A stretch of DNA of 64,000 nucleotides from Paraphysomonas bandaiensis (GCA_965644295.1 CBFFRP010000128.1:73666-137665), one strand, 5' to 3'; shown: positions 40,450 to 53,984, numbered from the stretch's first letter. Made by a program: numbers and translations. The notes: generated by a model from the letters alone, not told the origin.

Positions 40450-40926
40450 AGAAGAGAATAAGATATGAGCAGTATGGAAGAGAGTGGAGTGCAATATGTA
40501 TATATATGAGATGGTCCAACCATTGTTGCATATGTATGCATATATATATACACGTATATACTGCTGTACACACATAGAGAGAGTGTGCATAGACATACTG
40601 CTGTATACCGTACTGTTGTACATACATGAATGTACCACAGTACTCTGGACTCTGGTACATATATATCTGCGTACACTTTCAGCTACCCACCCATAAAATA
40701 CATTGTGTTTCACCGTATTCCACCAATACACTTCCTGTCTATCCCTCCTATTCCATTCAATTTTTCAGTTTTCTAATGACGGTTGAAGATATTGACTGAA
40801 GTGTGGTGTAGGTGTTGTTTTCTCTTATGTCTCCTACATATACATACATATACATACATACATACCTCCAAGAGGGCTTCATAGAATTAATTAAAGCAAG
40901 ACGATTGAGTGTAGTATAAGTTCATA

Positions 40927-41515
40927 ATGGGTAATGATTTCATTGTGTGCCTGAAACTCTTAATTTCATGTTTTTATAGTCAAGGTTAAGGCTCACGAAC
41001 TTCGCAATAAGACTAAATCTGAGTTGTTGAAACAGCTCGATGATCTCAAGCTTGAGCTCTCTCAGGTACCTCAATCTCCTCTCCTACACATATATCTTAT
41101 CATAACAATATCTCTTAAAGCTCCGTATTGCTAAAGTCACTGGCGGTGCGGCTTCTAAGTTGGCTAAGATTGGTGTTGTGCGTAAGTCGATTGCCAGAGT
41201 GCTCACTGTGTACAACCAGACCACTAAGGACAAGGTAACACTCACCCATTTAAACTCATTCATGTTATCAACTAACTGAATTGTATCATTCAGTTGAGAG
41301 AGAAGTATTCTGATGCCAAGAAGCTCCCTCTTGACCTCAGGAAAAAGCAGACCAGAGCCATCAGAAGAAGACTAACTACTGAGCAGGTATAAATGTGGTT
41401 AATGTTTTCTGGGTGTAGTAATAATCCTATCAATTAGGCTAACAAGAAGACCGTCAAACAGGCTAAGAAGGAGGCTTATTTCCCTATGCGTAAGTTTGCT
41501 GTGAAGGCATTGTAA
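40927..41515 (+). CDS. RPL35: 60S ribosomal protein L35 (uL29)
   Basis: Spliced [10 protein letters not shown]...[28 protein letters not shown]...[17 protein letters not shown]...[11 protein letters not shown]; 4 introns. Confidence 0.97.
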
Positions 41516-42119
41516 ATTCGCACGCACCTGAACATTAAATGAATAATCAGTCGTCTTAGTTAATCCGCTTGTCCTATATTTATAGTATATTTGCCTCTCT
41601 GGTCTAGTCCACTGAATAGAAGCGATGTATAGCATCTCTACTTTTAGTGTTTTTGCAACAAGCATATCAATATAGCTGTTATATAGAGTTTATAGTATAG
41701 TCAGTTTACTGATCAGGGTTAAGTATAAATCGATTACTGTGTAATTGTTAATCAGGTAGAGAACATATATCATACAGATCGCGTTATTACACGCATATCA
41801 TATATCATTCAATGATATATTATCATATCTGATAATGTTGAATATAAAGATTATGCTATGAGTTCAAGTTCAGTTACTTAAGTTATTTCACCAAACGTCA
41901 AATGTTGATATATCAATTTGTGACAATCAGTTTGGTTATGAAGTAATAAAACAAAATATGTAATATTACTGCATGAGGTAACCATTGCGTTGTAAAAAAA
42001 TATTCTCGACAGTGTGATGTATTTCAGTAACAAGCTTACAAGTCACTCCTCCAATCGTTTGATTATTTCACGAATAATTGTTACATTTAGTACTCGCACC
42101 ACAAAGATCTCACTACAAT

Positions 42120-45100
42120 CTATGCCTGATGAGACTCCATAAAATCAATGCATTCAGTGGAGCATCTAATAAAACAACAGGTACTAGGGGTGTTATAGCC
42201 TAACTCCTCCCATCGCTCACATCTTTCTTGAATCTCAGCATCTGTTGGTAAACAGTCTTCACAAAAAGAATTCGGACAAGCTTCACATTTAAACGCAAAA
42301 CCCATTGCGGATTGTGACTTCTTGCACTCCACACATCCACTGTGGTGGGGACAGCGCCACACCTTTGAAGGAACTTTCTTTAGGCCAGCACAAGCCATGT
42401 GATACGAAGCAGGACAGTTCGAGCAGCATATTAAATGACCGCCGTCCCAGCATACCTGACATGTGTCCTGATTCTCGAACTTCTGCGTAAATAATGTCAG
42501 CACTGTGGTGAGACACTGTGGTACAGCATTACCACTTTTTTTTCGGGCTCTTTCCCCCACCCATCCGCCATTCGTCCCTTCATCTCTCTGTTGTAGACAC
42601 TTGGCTCTCCTGACTCCAAGGAATATTGGTTGACTTTCAACACATTTACTGTGCCCACTCCTTTAACATTAACCATCTCTACCCGAACATTTCTCGCCCG
42701 TTTCGATTTCTCGCCCTCTGATGCCCAAGCCTTGGCAATATCTTTCAACGTCGTTGGAGCTTCATCCTTAGGAATGAGTTCCCCATTGAGAGAACGAAGG
42801 CTCATCAGAGGAGCGTGTAGATCTTGTTGAAAGGACGCCGCAGAGCATTCTTGGTTCTCGATCAACAGAGAATCATCAGATCTATTCACTTTACGTGGAG
42901 AAGATCCGGTCTTCAATGAAATAGGAGACAACGGTGAAAGTCCACGTTTTCGGTCAATAATACGATCAAGTTCGGCGTCAGATAAAGCGTTGAGTTGTGT
43001 TCCAGTTCCAAGGGAAAACATAGAGCTAAAACCAAATTTTAACGCTTCCATCATTGTACTCATGTCAGCATGGTCGGTGCCGGGGTCACCAGTAGTTGGG
43101 CCTTCACTGTCAGCTTGATGTCGTAACTTATCCAGCTCTAATGCATTGCTGGTACTGCCACGATTGACCATAGAATCCAGAAAGAGCTATTGTACACTGA
43201 CTTAACATATACTGCAAGAAATAATACATTTAACCACACTGACCTTTTTCTGCGCTCTCTGGACGATACGCTCTTCCACAGTTCCGGCTGAAACAAACCT
43301 ATAGATGTGCACCGTCTTTGTTTGCCCTATGCGATGTACTCTAGCCATTGCTTGAATATCTACTTGGGGGTTCCAATCACTATCGAAAAGGATAACAGTG
43401 TCTGCAGTGTAAAGGTTGACACCTTCTCCTCCAGCACGAGTGGACAACAAAAAGATCTGTATCGTGCTTCCCGCCTTGTTAAACTGACATATTCGAACTT
43501 CTCTGTTGACTCTGTGGGTGGATCCGTCCAACCGCATATGTCTGTATCCCCTCATATGTAGGTAGTCTTGGATTATATCTAGTGTGCGAGTGTATTGTGA
43601 GAACAATACCACGCGATGACCTTTAGCAAATAACTTCGGAAGAAGTCTGTCCAGCATCATCATTTTGCCTGAAGCTGTGACAATTTCCTCTGTAGCTTCA
43701 GGGCTCGGGTCATCTGGGTCAACATCCTCAGCACCTTTGTAGTTAACATATGAATTAAATTAAATTGGCATGATATATATTCGTATACCTGGGAAGAGAT
43801 AAGGATGGTTGGCCGCCTTCCTAAGCTGTGAGAGAAGGCTCTGTAACCGTTTCCAAGCTCCACTAGCTAGTTTGCCTATCAATAAATAAGGTACCGATTT
43901 CTACAACGGCATCAACCACCTACCGGCATTAGGTTGTTCAAGTTCACTCAGAATGGCAGAGTCCTTCAGTAATAGCCGCTTTGACCAAAACACTTGCATA
44001 GGAGCTAATGGGCACTGAATAACAGTTTCAAGTTTAGGGGGAAGTTTCTGCTCGACTTCAGACTTCACTCGGCGCAATAGGAAAGGGCGCAATAAATAGT
44101 GAGCTTTGTCTAACATTTCTTGGTCAACTTGGACTTCATTCCCATGAAAGTGAAATGCCGTTTCAAAACCTTCCGAGAGATCGAATACAGCTGGGTGAAG
44201 GAAACGCAACAGGGAGTAAGTCTCCTTCAGGTTATTTTGCACTGGTGTGCCAGTCAACACTAACTTGAAACGCGCTTTGTATAGCAGGCACGATTTTGAA
44301 ATATTGGAATCATCGTTTTTGATACGATGGCCTTCGTCGAGTACCATTGTGCGCCAAAAGACACGCCGAAGAGATGTTTCCAACTTTCCTTTAACCATCT
44401 CATAAGTCGTAATCACAACATCATAGCCTGTATCGCCAGCAGAGAGAGAATGAAGAATATCTTTCAATCTCTGCTGCTCTTTCGAGTCGTTCGAATGAAG
44501 ACGTAGAATGCGCAGAGAAGGGCAGTAGGTGCGGCATTCCAGGATCCAATTAAACAACACAGAAAGAGGGACTACCACTAGGTGTGGACCGGAACGGTTA
44601 AGAGAGTTGGTGATGTACGACATTAGAGATATAGTCTGCAACGTTTTTCCTAACGCCACATTAATAGAGGACAAAATAGGTTATATCTACTTACCAAGTC
44701 CCATCTCATCTGCTAGAATTGCGTTAATTCCTCTGGTGTAGTGATCTACAAGCCACGACAACTGCATACGACAACATATAAGCATAGTTCGCACAATACA
44801 AAAAACTTACTCCTTGAATTTGGTAATCGCGCATTACTACATTTTTAATAGTGGGTGGTTGTGATGTGACCACATGACCGTTTTCATTTAAACTTTTCGC
44901 GGAAGATATTCTGTCGAGTACTTTCGTAGATATAAATGGACGCAGCACATCAAGATACTGCTTTAGACTCCGGTCTGACAAACTTTCGACATTTCTTAGT
45001 TCCAAGATGTTTTTGGATGGCTTCCGGTCTTGAGATTTAATGGCAGCGACTGCTTTAACATTAGAATCACTTACAGTCTTTTTCTTTTTCTTGCGCATTC

Positions 45101-45341
45101 CAACTGCAGAGCGATACGCATCTTCTTGCTCATCAAAGTGAACAATTTCTTTGCGTTTACGTTTTGTAGAGCAGGACTGTATGCATTCTTCTGTTATCGG
45201 TAAAACATCTTGTGATTTCCCGTCAAACCATTCAATAGTTGCATGAGTAGAAGTTGCATCGATAGACAGCACCGTACCAAGGCTCCATAATTTTGATTCA
45301 CTGGGTTTAGCAAAAACTGAATCCCCAACACTTAAACTCAT
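42120..45341 (-). CDS. SNF2-family (ISWI/CHD-like) chromatin remodelling ATPase with C-terminal PHD fingers
   Basis: ADEMGLGKT, LDEGHRIKN, LTGTPVQN, SGKMMMLDRLL, LLSTRAGGEG, QAMARVHRIGQ, and CQVCWDGG..CPHH..C. Confidence 0.93.
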
Positions 45342-46039
45342 GGATACTATGCACTAACGACACTTCAATCGCCGATACAATAAGAATATGGTGCAAATGG
45401 ATGCAATGGCGATGGCATTGATCGTTATGAGGAGAAATTGTGGACATGTTTTCCCCCACCACTACTGCTGGAATACAGTGCTGTATTCATGTATATATGT
45501 TGTGGAAAAGTGTATTCGGGTATACAGTGCTGTATTATAGCGTAGGAATGGAGGGAAAGGACGGTATTCCCTTGTATTCCCCGAGGGGTTGTAGATACGG
45601 ATATTTTAAGAATACAATGTATACAGAGATATACCGTATATCGTGCGATTGACTGAGTCAGTGGTGTCACACGCACACACCACACTTATAGTTATTGCAT
45701 CGTAGCCGGTAATATCTGTGGATGGGGAAAAGTCGACCAGGGGAAAAAATCCTAGTTTTATTGCTATATACTGTGGTTTTATGATCCATATATCTCACAA
45801 ACAACCAAAAAAGGGTGATTCCCTCCCACAGATATACGGTATATACAACAAGGCAGTTGTGACGTAGAATTCGAGAGGCTATTTCCTGTTTCTCACTTGT
45901 TCTTCCTGCCTGCAACATGTCGCCTCAAGCACAGCATGCCCATCCCGTTCCTACCTTACACTATAATATAACCAGATATATATACTATCTTCACTTTCAA
46001 TATCTTAGTTTGCATTTATATTACTGAAACTAATCAACA

Positions 46040-46940
46040 ATGGATTACAACCAGAAATATCCTAAAATTTCGGTCGACTTCAGGAAACTGGATGTAAGGA
46101 AGTGGAGCCATTCCATTGTTGTGTTTGACCCCTTGTCATGCAGAGACCCGCACTGATAAGGATCATGAATTATTTCAAAGGTACTGTCGATTGTAGTGGT
46201 AATGGTCATGTGTAACTTTCATGTAGTCCGTCCGGCTCCAGAAATGACCACTTTGCAACTAGCGAATGCAGTTGCCAGGTAAGCTTCGAACATCTATGTA
46301 CTTCAGTCACTAGCAGTTGATATATTTAATACTATAGATATTTTGATGACTTCACAATTCCGGAGACTGAAACTGTGGAGAAATTTGCTGCGAAGTATTG
46401 CTACTCCACAGCAGACAAGTCCACTCCTCGCAAGCGGCAGCGAAAGAATTTGAGCCATCACGTGGCTCATCCTGCAGCATTGGGAGAACAAGTAAAATTT
46501 ATAGTCTCATAATGTGCTAAATAGTGGCATCGTAACGGTATGTTGTGTAGGTGGCGGCTAAAATCTCCAGCCCGGGTGACGAAGAAGGGTCCTGGATTCT
46601 GGGCAATGTGATGAAGTGTAACAATAAAACTAGGACCTATGAAGTTCAGGACGAGGATGATGTGCGACGAATTGTTACTCTCCCATTTAACTCTGTGCGT
46701 CGGCTGGAGGATTCAGCAGCAGATATTCGACGGGGTGATCGTGTGCTAGCTGTCTTTCCTGAGACGACCTCTTTCTACGATGCTGTAGTGGTAAAAACCC
46801 CGAAGTCGCCTGCAGGAAACAACCAGTGGGAAGTCGTTGTTCGGTTTGAGGACGATGAAGATGAAACAGGAAAAGCTCCTCCTCGGAGGGTACCAGCCAG
46901 ATTCGTCGTGCGTGCGTCGGCGTTTGAGAAGTCGTCGTAG
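46040..46940 (+). CDS. SGF29: SAP30 Sin3-binding domain fused to an SGF29 tandem Tudor
   Basis: Spliced N-terminus VDFRKLDRPALIRIMNYFKVRPAPEMTTLQLANAVARYFDDFTIPETETVEKF. Last exon WILGNV..YEVQDED..VLAVFPETTSFYDAVV..FEDDE. Confidence 0.85.
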
Positions 46941-47603
46941 CGTCATGTGCTGCTGACACATACCGCGGTATTCCATCACGACTACGACACATATTGCACT
47001 AGTCCAAGTGATATGATTTTTCCGCGTTGTATATATGCCACTTGTACTGGAGTTTTTCGTACCCATGATATATAATGTAGTTGTACTGATCACGAAACTG
47101 TGTTGCTTAAGCTAAACTATGACGTATGGTTCTACGTTTACACCTCTTCATTATGTAAGTTTAATTGGAGGCGTACTTCACATAGGACAAAGCAATATCT
47201 ATGAATATGTGACGATGTGGTTCAGTTCATTAATTATTTCCACCACGGTTATTTTTGACTGTTGAACATGATTTAAACACAGCAAGGTAATCTCTATAAA
47301 TAAGACAGTATCATGCAGTTCATAAATCTGAACCTACAATAAAGCTTATACAGAACAATGACCTCCAGTTTCAAATTATCTTACAAAATGATGTACTTAT
47401 ATTTGTATCCAATACTGTAACCTCAAAACTCATTCATCCATAGTCGAATATAATAATTAATTAAAATTTAATATAAAAGAAGTAAAGAAGTTCATCATCA
47501 ACAATATAATCTATAATCTATAATCCAACATGAGCATGTATACATAATCTACTCTGTTAAAAAATGTGTGATACTAAATTTTGTACGACTAAATATACAT
47601 TAT

Positions 47604-47948
47604 CTACCTACGAAGACGGTGTCTGTAGTAACCTGGCTGTTGAACATCGAAAAATTCGTTCTCATATTCAACTGTTCGGGAGTCACTCGAGCGCACTTTC
47701 TCATGTATGATGGTGACTCGCTTAATAATTTTATTCTTGATAAGATTTCGGTAATCACGCTTGGGTGGGGAGGAGGTCTTTACATCACTATTCCGAGGGC
47801 TGAGTTTAAGTTCTCTTTTCTCAACAAGATCAGTGCACTTCGGTGCCACTACCATCGTTTGAATTTCACTCTCAGCGCATCTGGGTGACTCATCGCATAT
47901 ATTTGTCACGTCAAAATCAAGCTGCAAAGGCAAAACGGTTGACTGCAT
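47604..47948 (-). CDS. Hypothetical 114-aa protein
   Basis: ATG-initiated ORF with promoter-like CA/GT-rich upstream sequence; no recognisable domain. Confidence 0.4.
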   Translation of the reverse strand: MQSTVLPLQLDFDVTNICDESPRCAESEIQTMVVAPKCTDLVEKRELKLSPRNSDVKTSSPPKRDYRNLIKNKIIKRVTIIHEKVRSSDSRTVEYENEFFDVQQPGYYRHRLRR

Positions 47949-48153
47949 TTGATCGATTCACTATATATCAAGAGCACTCACAGTTCAGCCATCCATAAAA
48001 CAGACTCGCAGCGTTATTGTCTATACATATCCGCACTCACCACATACACTCCTATCAACAATAAACTGTGTGTGGTTTGAGTCTCTTCTCTCTACTCGTT
48101 AAGTGACTTCTTTGAATCTCCTGAGAGGACATCAACATACACATACATACATA

Positions 48154-49728
48154 CAGGGTCGGTCAAAAATAAAACAACCACGGTTTTTTCGCGTTTTTTC
48201 AACACATGTCAAAAATCAGAGTAAACTCAAATAATAAAAAATGTAGAGCTTTTCAAGATACGTATTTTGATATATGATGTTGTATATGTAATTTTTGCTC
48301 CTTCGTGAGATAAAGAGGCACCCTGGGTTTTCGCATTGACTCTAAAAACCCCTGTGTCATATTAAAATCTTATTACCACTTAAATGGAAGCGTTTAGACG
48401 CTATTACTTATAGTGAACTATTAAATACATTGTATGCACTACAGTTTGCTTCAGTTAGGATTGGATTTGGTTAATGGTACGTGTAGAACGGAGAGGCCGA
48501 AAGAAGCGAACTCCACGAAGGCATTATCACATGAATAGTGCTGACAAGACGCAGCTACTCGCACTTCGACATGCCGGACTTACTTTTCGTGATATTGGGA
48601 AGCGGATGAAGCTAAATTCCGGCAATTTATGCAGAGTTTACAACAAAATATTCTCGACGAAAAGTTTCGACCGCACTCCTGGCTCCGGTAGAAAGTGAAA
48701 AACAACTGAAAGAGACGATGCATTGAATGTCAGAGAAGTATAGAAGAATCGTACGGTAAGTGGACCACACCTTAAAACTCTTTTTCCTTAACTTAAGGTA
48801 TCAGAACGGACGTTAGACGCCGTATTAACAGTTGCTCCTACTTCCAATCGGAATGGGCCACAAGAAAGCCCTTTGTTAGCGAACGCAACAGGATTAGGAG
48901 ATTGGAATGGGCGAGAGCTCACCTCAATTGGACTGTTGAACAGTGGAGAAAAGTTATTTGGTCGGACGAGTCCCCTTTTGTTGTTCGCTATCGCCGAAAG
49001 TAGCGTTGCTGGAGAGCTGTTGGCGATAGATATGATCCGGCCTGTACTACAGCGACAGTGAAGCATGACGATAAAATAATGGTTTGGGGGTGTTTCTGTG
49101 CTCATGGCATAGGAGATTTGTACCGTGTGGAGGGAATTTTAAGGAAGGAACAGTACCTATACATCGTTGAAAACCACTTCTATACAGTGCAGAGCGACTA
49201 TACCCTGATTTCGACTGTATTTTCCAAGAAGATAACGATCCGAAACACACCGCGAGAATTGTACGGCAATGGTATGATGACCAAGATCTTATCCGTATGG
49301 ATTGGCCCGCTCAATCTCCTGATTTGAACCTGATAGAGGATCTGTGGGCAATACTAGATCATCGCATGAAAGACCGATCTTCCAACGACCTAAACGAGCT
49401 TTTTCAGCTGCTACTGAAGACATGGAATGAACTCCCAGTTAGCTTATTGTCTGATCTAGTAGATAGCATGCCTAGAAGGTGCCAAGCTGTGATAGATGCG
49501 AAAGGATATGCCATTAAGTATTAAGTGTGGGGTTTTTATAAGAAGCCTAAAAATCAAGGTTTTGACACTTTAATTAAGAAAATTTTCACCAATTTTTAAG
49601 CTGAATAGCTCATTAGAAAGCCCTAAAAAAACTATACATTTCCTATTATTAGAGTAATATCCAGTTTTTACATTTGCTTAAGTGAAATTCTCGAAAAACC
49701 GTTGTTGTTTTCTTTTTGACCGACCCTG
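48154..49728 (+). mobile_element. Tc1/mariner DD34E transposon, defective
   Basis: TIR CAGGGTCGGTCAAAAA(T/G)AAAACAAC, TA TSD. Transposase 48474-49524 has WSDESPF, FQEDNDPKH and WPAQSPDLNLIE (34 aa between D and E), with stops and frameshifts. Confidence 0.96.
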
Positions 49729-49930
49729 TACATACATACATGCCCATATACACATACAGGATCATATCTGCAGATCACACATACACACACACCTCAAAAG
49801 CACCCCAATCGTCACAAAAAAACTGACGAAAATTCCGTCCCGAGGAAATCACATACTGGTATACGTGTGCGTATATGGCAGTATACCTCTGGGTCACTTC
49901 GAAGTGAATGTGATGTGGATATATGCATAT

Positions 49931-50580
49931 ATGAGTACATGATTCAGAGGCTCTGCTGCTGCCTCTACTCACAGACACGAGTGAGGACTATCAACAGTGT
50001 GTGGTCATAGTGGTGTATAGTGGTGTGTGCTCCTCATGAGGAGAGAGACTCGTATGATCACATGAATAATACCGCAGCAGATACACACATATACATACAG
50101 AACACCCACACACATATACATGCATAGACCGCATGGAGCACCCTGAATAGTCATATAACCAACTATTCCTGAGAGCACAACATCTCTCGAGGAACTCTCC
50201 TCAGATAGCTGTTTCTGACTATCTAACATGGCGATGGCATATGTAATAGAGATATTCAGGTTCTAACAAGTGAAAGAACGAGGCAGTTGTGCTCATTCTG
50301 GCTGGATACTGTGAGGAATCAGTTACTATGATCTACGGGGATTACCTATAGACACCAGCGAGTGTAAAGAGTGTAAGCATCAAGGGAACATGTTTATTAA
50401 GCAGTTCAAGATATCCTCACTACCCCCCGTGGATTTTAACATGGTAGCCCTTACAATACGCCCAAGTGAACATTGTATCGCAAACTGAAGTTATATAATA
50501 TATAGTTGCTGTCCCTGCCTGTGGATGCTAACCGAAGGCAACATTCTAAAAATACTCTTATCTGCCGATGCCACTGTATG
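49931..50580 (+). pseudogene. Possible decayed multi-exon gene
   Basis: Coding-like segments with GT/AG boundaries but in-frame stops; it lies just downstream of the Tc1-interrupted CATA tract. Confidence 0.25.
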
Positions 50581-50699
50581 TTGTAATTACTGGACTTTAA
50601 AATCACTAATAATATAGCCGCTCTTTCTTGGATTTGTATATTATGATACCAAGTAGTTGTTAGACAAAATCAATTTTATTTCAGCAAGGAGCTGTTGGC

Positions 50700-52520
50700 A
50701 GTTTTCAAGCTGCTTGAAAGCAGGGCCTGGTAACCATTAATGGTAATGCCATTATAATTGCCGGGAACAAGACTACCATTAATGGTTATCAGGCCATGCT
50801 TGAAAGGATAAGGTTGTTTTGTCAACACTCTCTGTGGGACACACCCGTGAAAGTATAGATATAAACTCTGTCCTAACATATACGATGTGTCTTCAATATA
50901 TGTCTCCTGTATATGCATATATGCTGCAGATCGTTAGGGCCTTAGAGGTAGTGTTGACAGCAGGTAGAGCAGGTAGTCTGGAGTGGAGAGTAGAGTATCA
51001 AAATCTGTTAGAAATTCTAGCTGACTCCAATGTCTTCCCTACATTAAATGCGTCTCTTCCGGTCGAATGAAAACCTATTAAGCAAGAAATAAAATAAATC
51101 ACACAAATGTACTTGACACTTCTTGGATCAGAGCCTTGTTGTAACCTCTATAAACTAGGGCAGTAGACACTAAGACCAGGTAGTAGAAGTGTGGTACGCA
51201 TAACAGGTCTAAGTCAAATCACAATGCCATTATTGCCATGCATTCAGAGGAAAATTTGACGCATTGCCTCCGTTATTGGCCACACAGATGCCGAATAATG
51301 TAACTAATATTCTACTTCAATCCCTCAAAGCAAACACCATGTGTAAGTAGAATGTTGATATGCCTTATATCTGCTGACTTCAGAATTTTTGAATCTTAAG
51401 GAGAACTTATCCCGGATCGTCGGCTTTATCAGGCAGTCCAAAATCCTGGATACCTTTCAGGCGAACCCATTTCCGAATGGCGTTTTTTTTGTCAAGGCCC
51501 AAAGACGTCTACTACACAAGTGACACTTCTGTTACTTGCATCACTCAAGTATTTGGCTATGATCAGTGGGCGGAATATTATCTGATGTCTACAATTACGG
51601 TTCACGTTTGTTTCCTAAATAAAATTCTTCCTGTATTTGTCACTAGAAGGTGTAAGACCGACTTTGTTGAGGGAAACTCTGCAATCATATGGAATTGTAA
51701 CTTAACAAAGTTGGACTACTTCTGTATTCCCTCCGAATTCACGGGTTTAAGATCTAGAGAGCTGCTCTTTTAATGAAGATATTGGTCACTTTGCAAAGAA
51801 GGAGTGGACATAGCTGCTCCTTTAAAGAGGGCAGATACCCCTGTTGAGTTGACTCAACATCCTCTTTGCATAAAGAAGTGCAAAACTCCAATGTGATTTG
51901 GGATCTCTCTTCCCACTCTTTGGGCTATGGCACCTATGAGTATCATACTGGGTCTCTGTTGTAGACAGATTCAGTTCGTAGGCACGATATACAGTTACTA
52001 TAGCTACCTTTAATCCTGTTAGTAACTTGTTCTCCCTCGCCTTGAGAGCTTATTCTGCATGTCCGATTCGGTCTACCCTTCCACAATTCATTTACACACG
52101 GATGCCACAATGGTTCTTGAAATAAGTGTGATATTACTACAGTATTGAACGTATATTATAAGATATAGTCAAAATACATAGAACTTTACCTCAAGATTAT
52201 ATCTCCGATGACATACTCAGACCAGAATGCTCTGAGAGGAATATGAATATACAGCTATTCGATTAGACAGATCTCATTCGCACTCATTCCAGCTGCAAGT
52301 GCGTGTTGCACTACATTGGTGCATACAGCGGGCGTCGAAGCAGTCAAAATATACCGACTGCGTGGTGCCATACAGCACCTCTCGTTTTCAATGCAGTTCT
52401 GCAACCTCCGAATCGCAGTCGTGCCCCTTCTTCCTCTTATAGTAGTACTTACGTACTTACTAACCTACCTGATTTTCCTCTAATGAATCTAATTGCTATT
52501 TCTTCTCTTGTCAGCCTGAT
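50700..52520 (-). mobile_element. Highly decayed non-LTR (LINE-like) retroelement
   Basis: GTTAIRRLQNCIE...(D/Y)I..AFD-like RT segment near 52330-52430; a shared coding-frame fragment with 9296-9602. Confidence 0.45.
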
Positions 52521-53984
52521 ACAATAGTACAGGTTATCAGTTGAGTTATGCTTATTGTTACATAAACGTATATTGACTTCATGTATGTTATTATTGTGGA
52601 GTGGTCGGAGCATAATAAGAGGGGTTTAATAAGATAATATGATTCTTATCTTAAGAGTGAAAAGATAACATAAAATCATAATCAAAACAATAATGAAAAA
52701 TGTATTTTTGAATCTGTTGTTAATATTAAGTCCCCCGTGTATGTTTCTGACCTCGCGGCCAATGTCTTGGCTCTCTAGATCAATACCTTAGTCAAGTGGT
52801 GCCGCGATCTTGAACCTCTTATGAAAGTGTTCCTTCTGTCTCTTATGGGAGTGACCCCCTAATCTTGGGACTCCTGGGTCGTATCGGAGTCAACGTTACA
52901 AGTCCTCGATAGGGAGAGCATAGTTTAGGACGACTTTTCGTTCGGATCTCTCACTGGCAAAGTATCCGATGTGGAGTTGTGTTCATCCTCCCAAAATCTC
53001 CTAAATCACTGTCTCCTATACAGTACACAAAAACATCGATACTATAACTGGCCAATACCTTAAAAGACTAGAAGCAACTACGCAGTAATATATATAGCCA
53101 TTCTTATATAAAGCATAAGCATGATATGTAGCTATGATAGATTGGAGTGAAAATCAACTGCCATGTGCGTGTTTGTACACTGTAGATCATAAAAACCCAT
53201 AATTTTATAGAAACATCTGAAAATCCAGGGTTTCCAGGAACAATCATTAGAAATGCGATGATATGATTGGCCAGTGAATAATACAATACGAAATACACAA
53301 AATACGGAATAGTCGTTAATTCAAAAAAAAAAGCATTGCCACAATTTTTTTTTCAGTTTTTGGACCAACAAGCCGAACGGATGGACCGGGTCGAATCTCT
53401 TTCTTTCTTTTTGTATGTACAAATGCTGTAGTACAGCAACCCAACCAACATGAGATTTGAATGGGGATTTATGTATACAACAGAATATATAGACACATGT
53501 GAGGTGTGTATACATTACTATCTCTCTCTATATGTATATATACATACTTAAGACTCTTAATTAAAGTGAAAGCAATACAAACCAATTGAATTAATAAAAT
53601 AAATTCAAACAATATTAATCTTATTAGATAATTATTATAACTGTGTGATTAAAGTGTTTTCTTTATTCATATGGTGTGATTTTATTAGATTGAATCCATT
53701 AAAGTATTTAGTAATAGAATATTATTAAATTAGTATCCCATCACACTGTTATTGATATCTATTCAATTATTTTATTATATTAAATTATATCAAGAATTTA
53801 TTTATTGATTAGAAGGTAAGTAATGTGTAACTGTTTGATTATCAGTGTTATTAATTGGATATCTTTGTAGTGGTCTATCAGTCGTATTGAATGGATGAGT
53901 ATACAATACTCGTAACTATATATTAATGTTGAAGAGTATTCCGCATAACTCTGTTGGGTATTGATACTATCGCGTTGACATCAT

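Noticed and set aside
52730-53010. GC-richer island upstream of CBP
   Set aside because: No ORF, motif or second copy that I could identify; probably TE debris.
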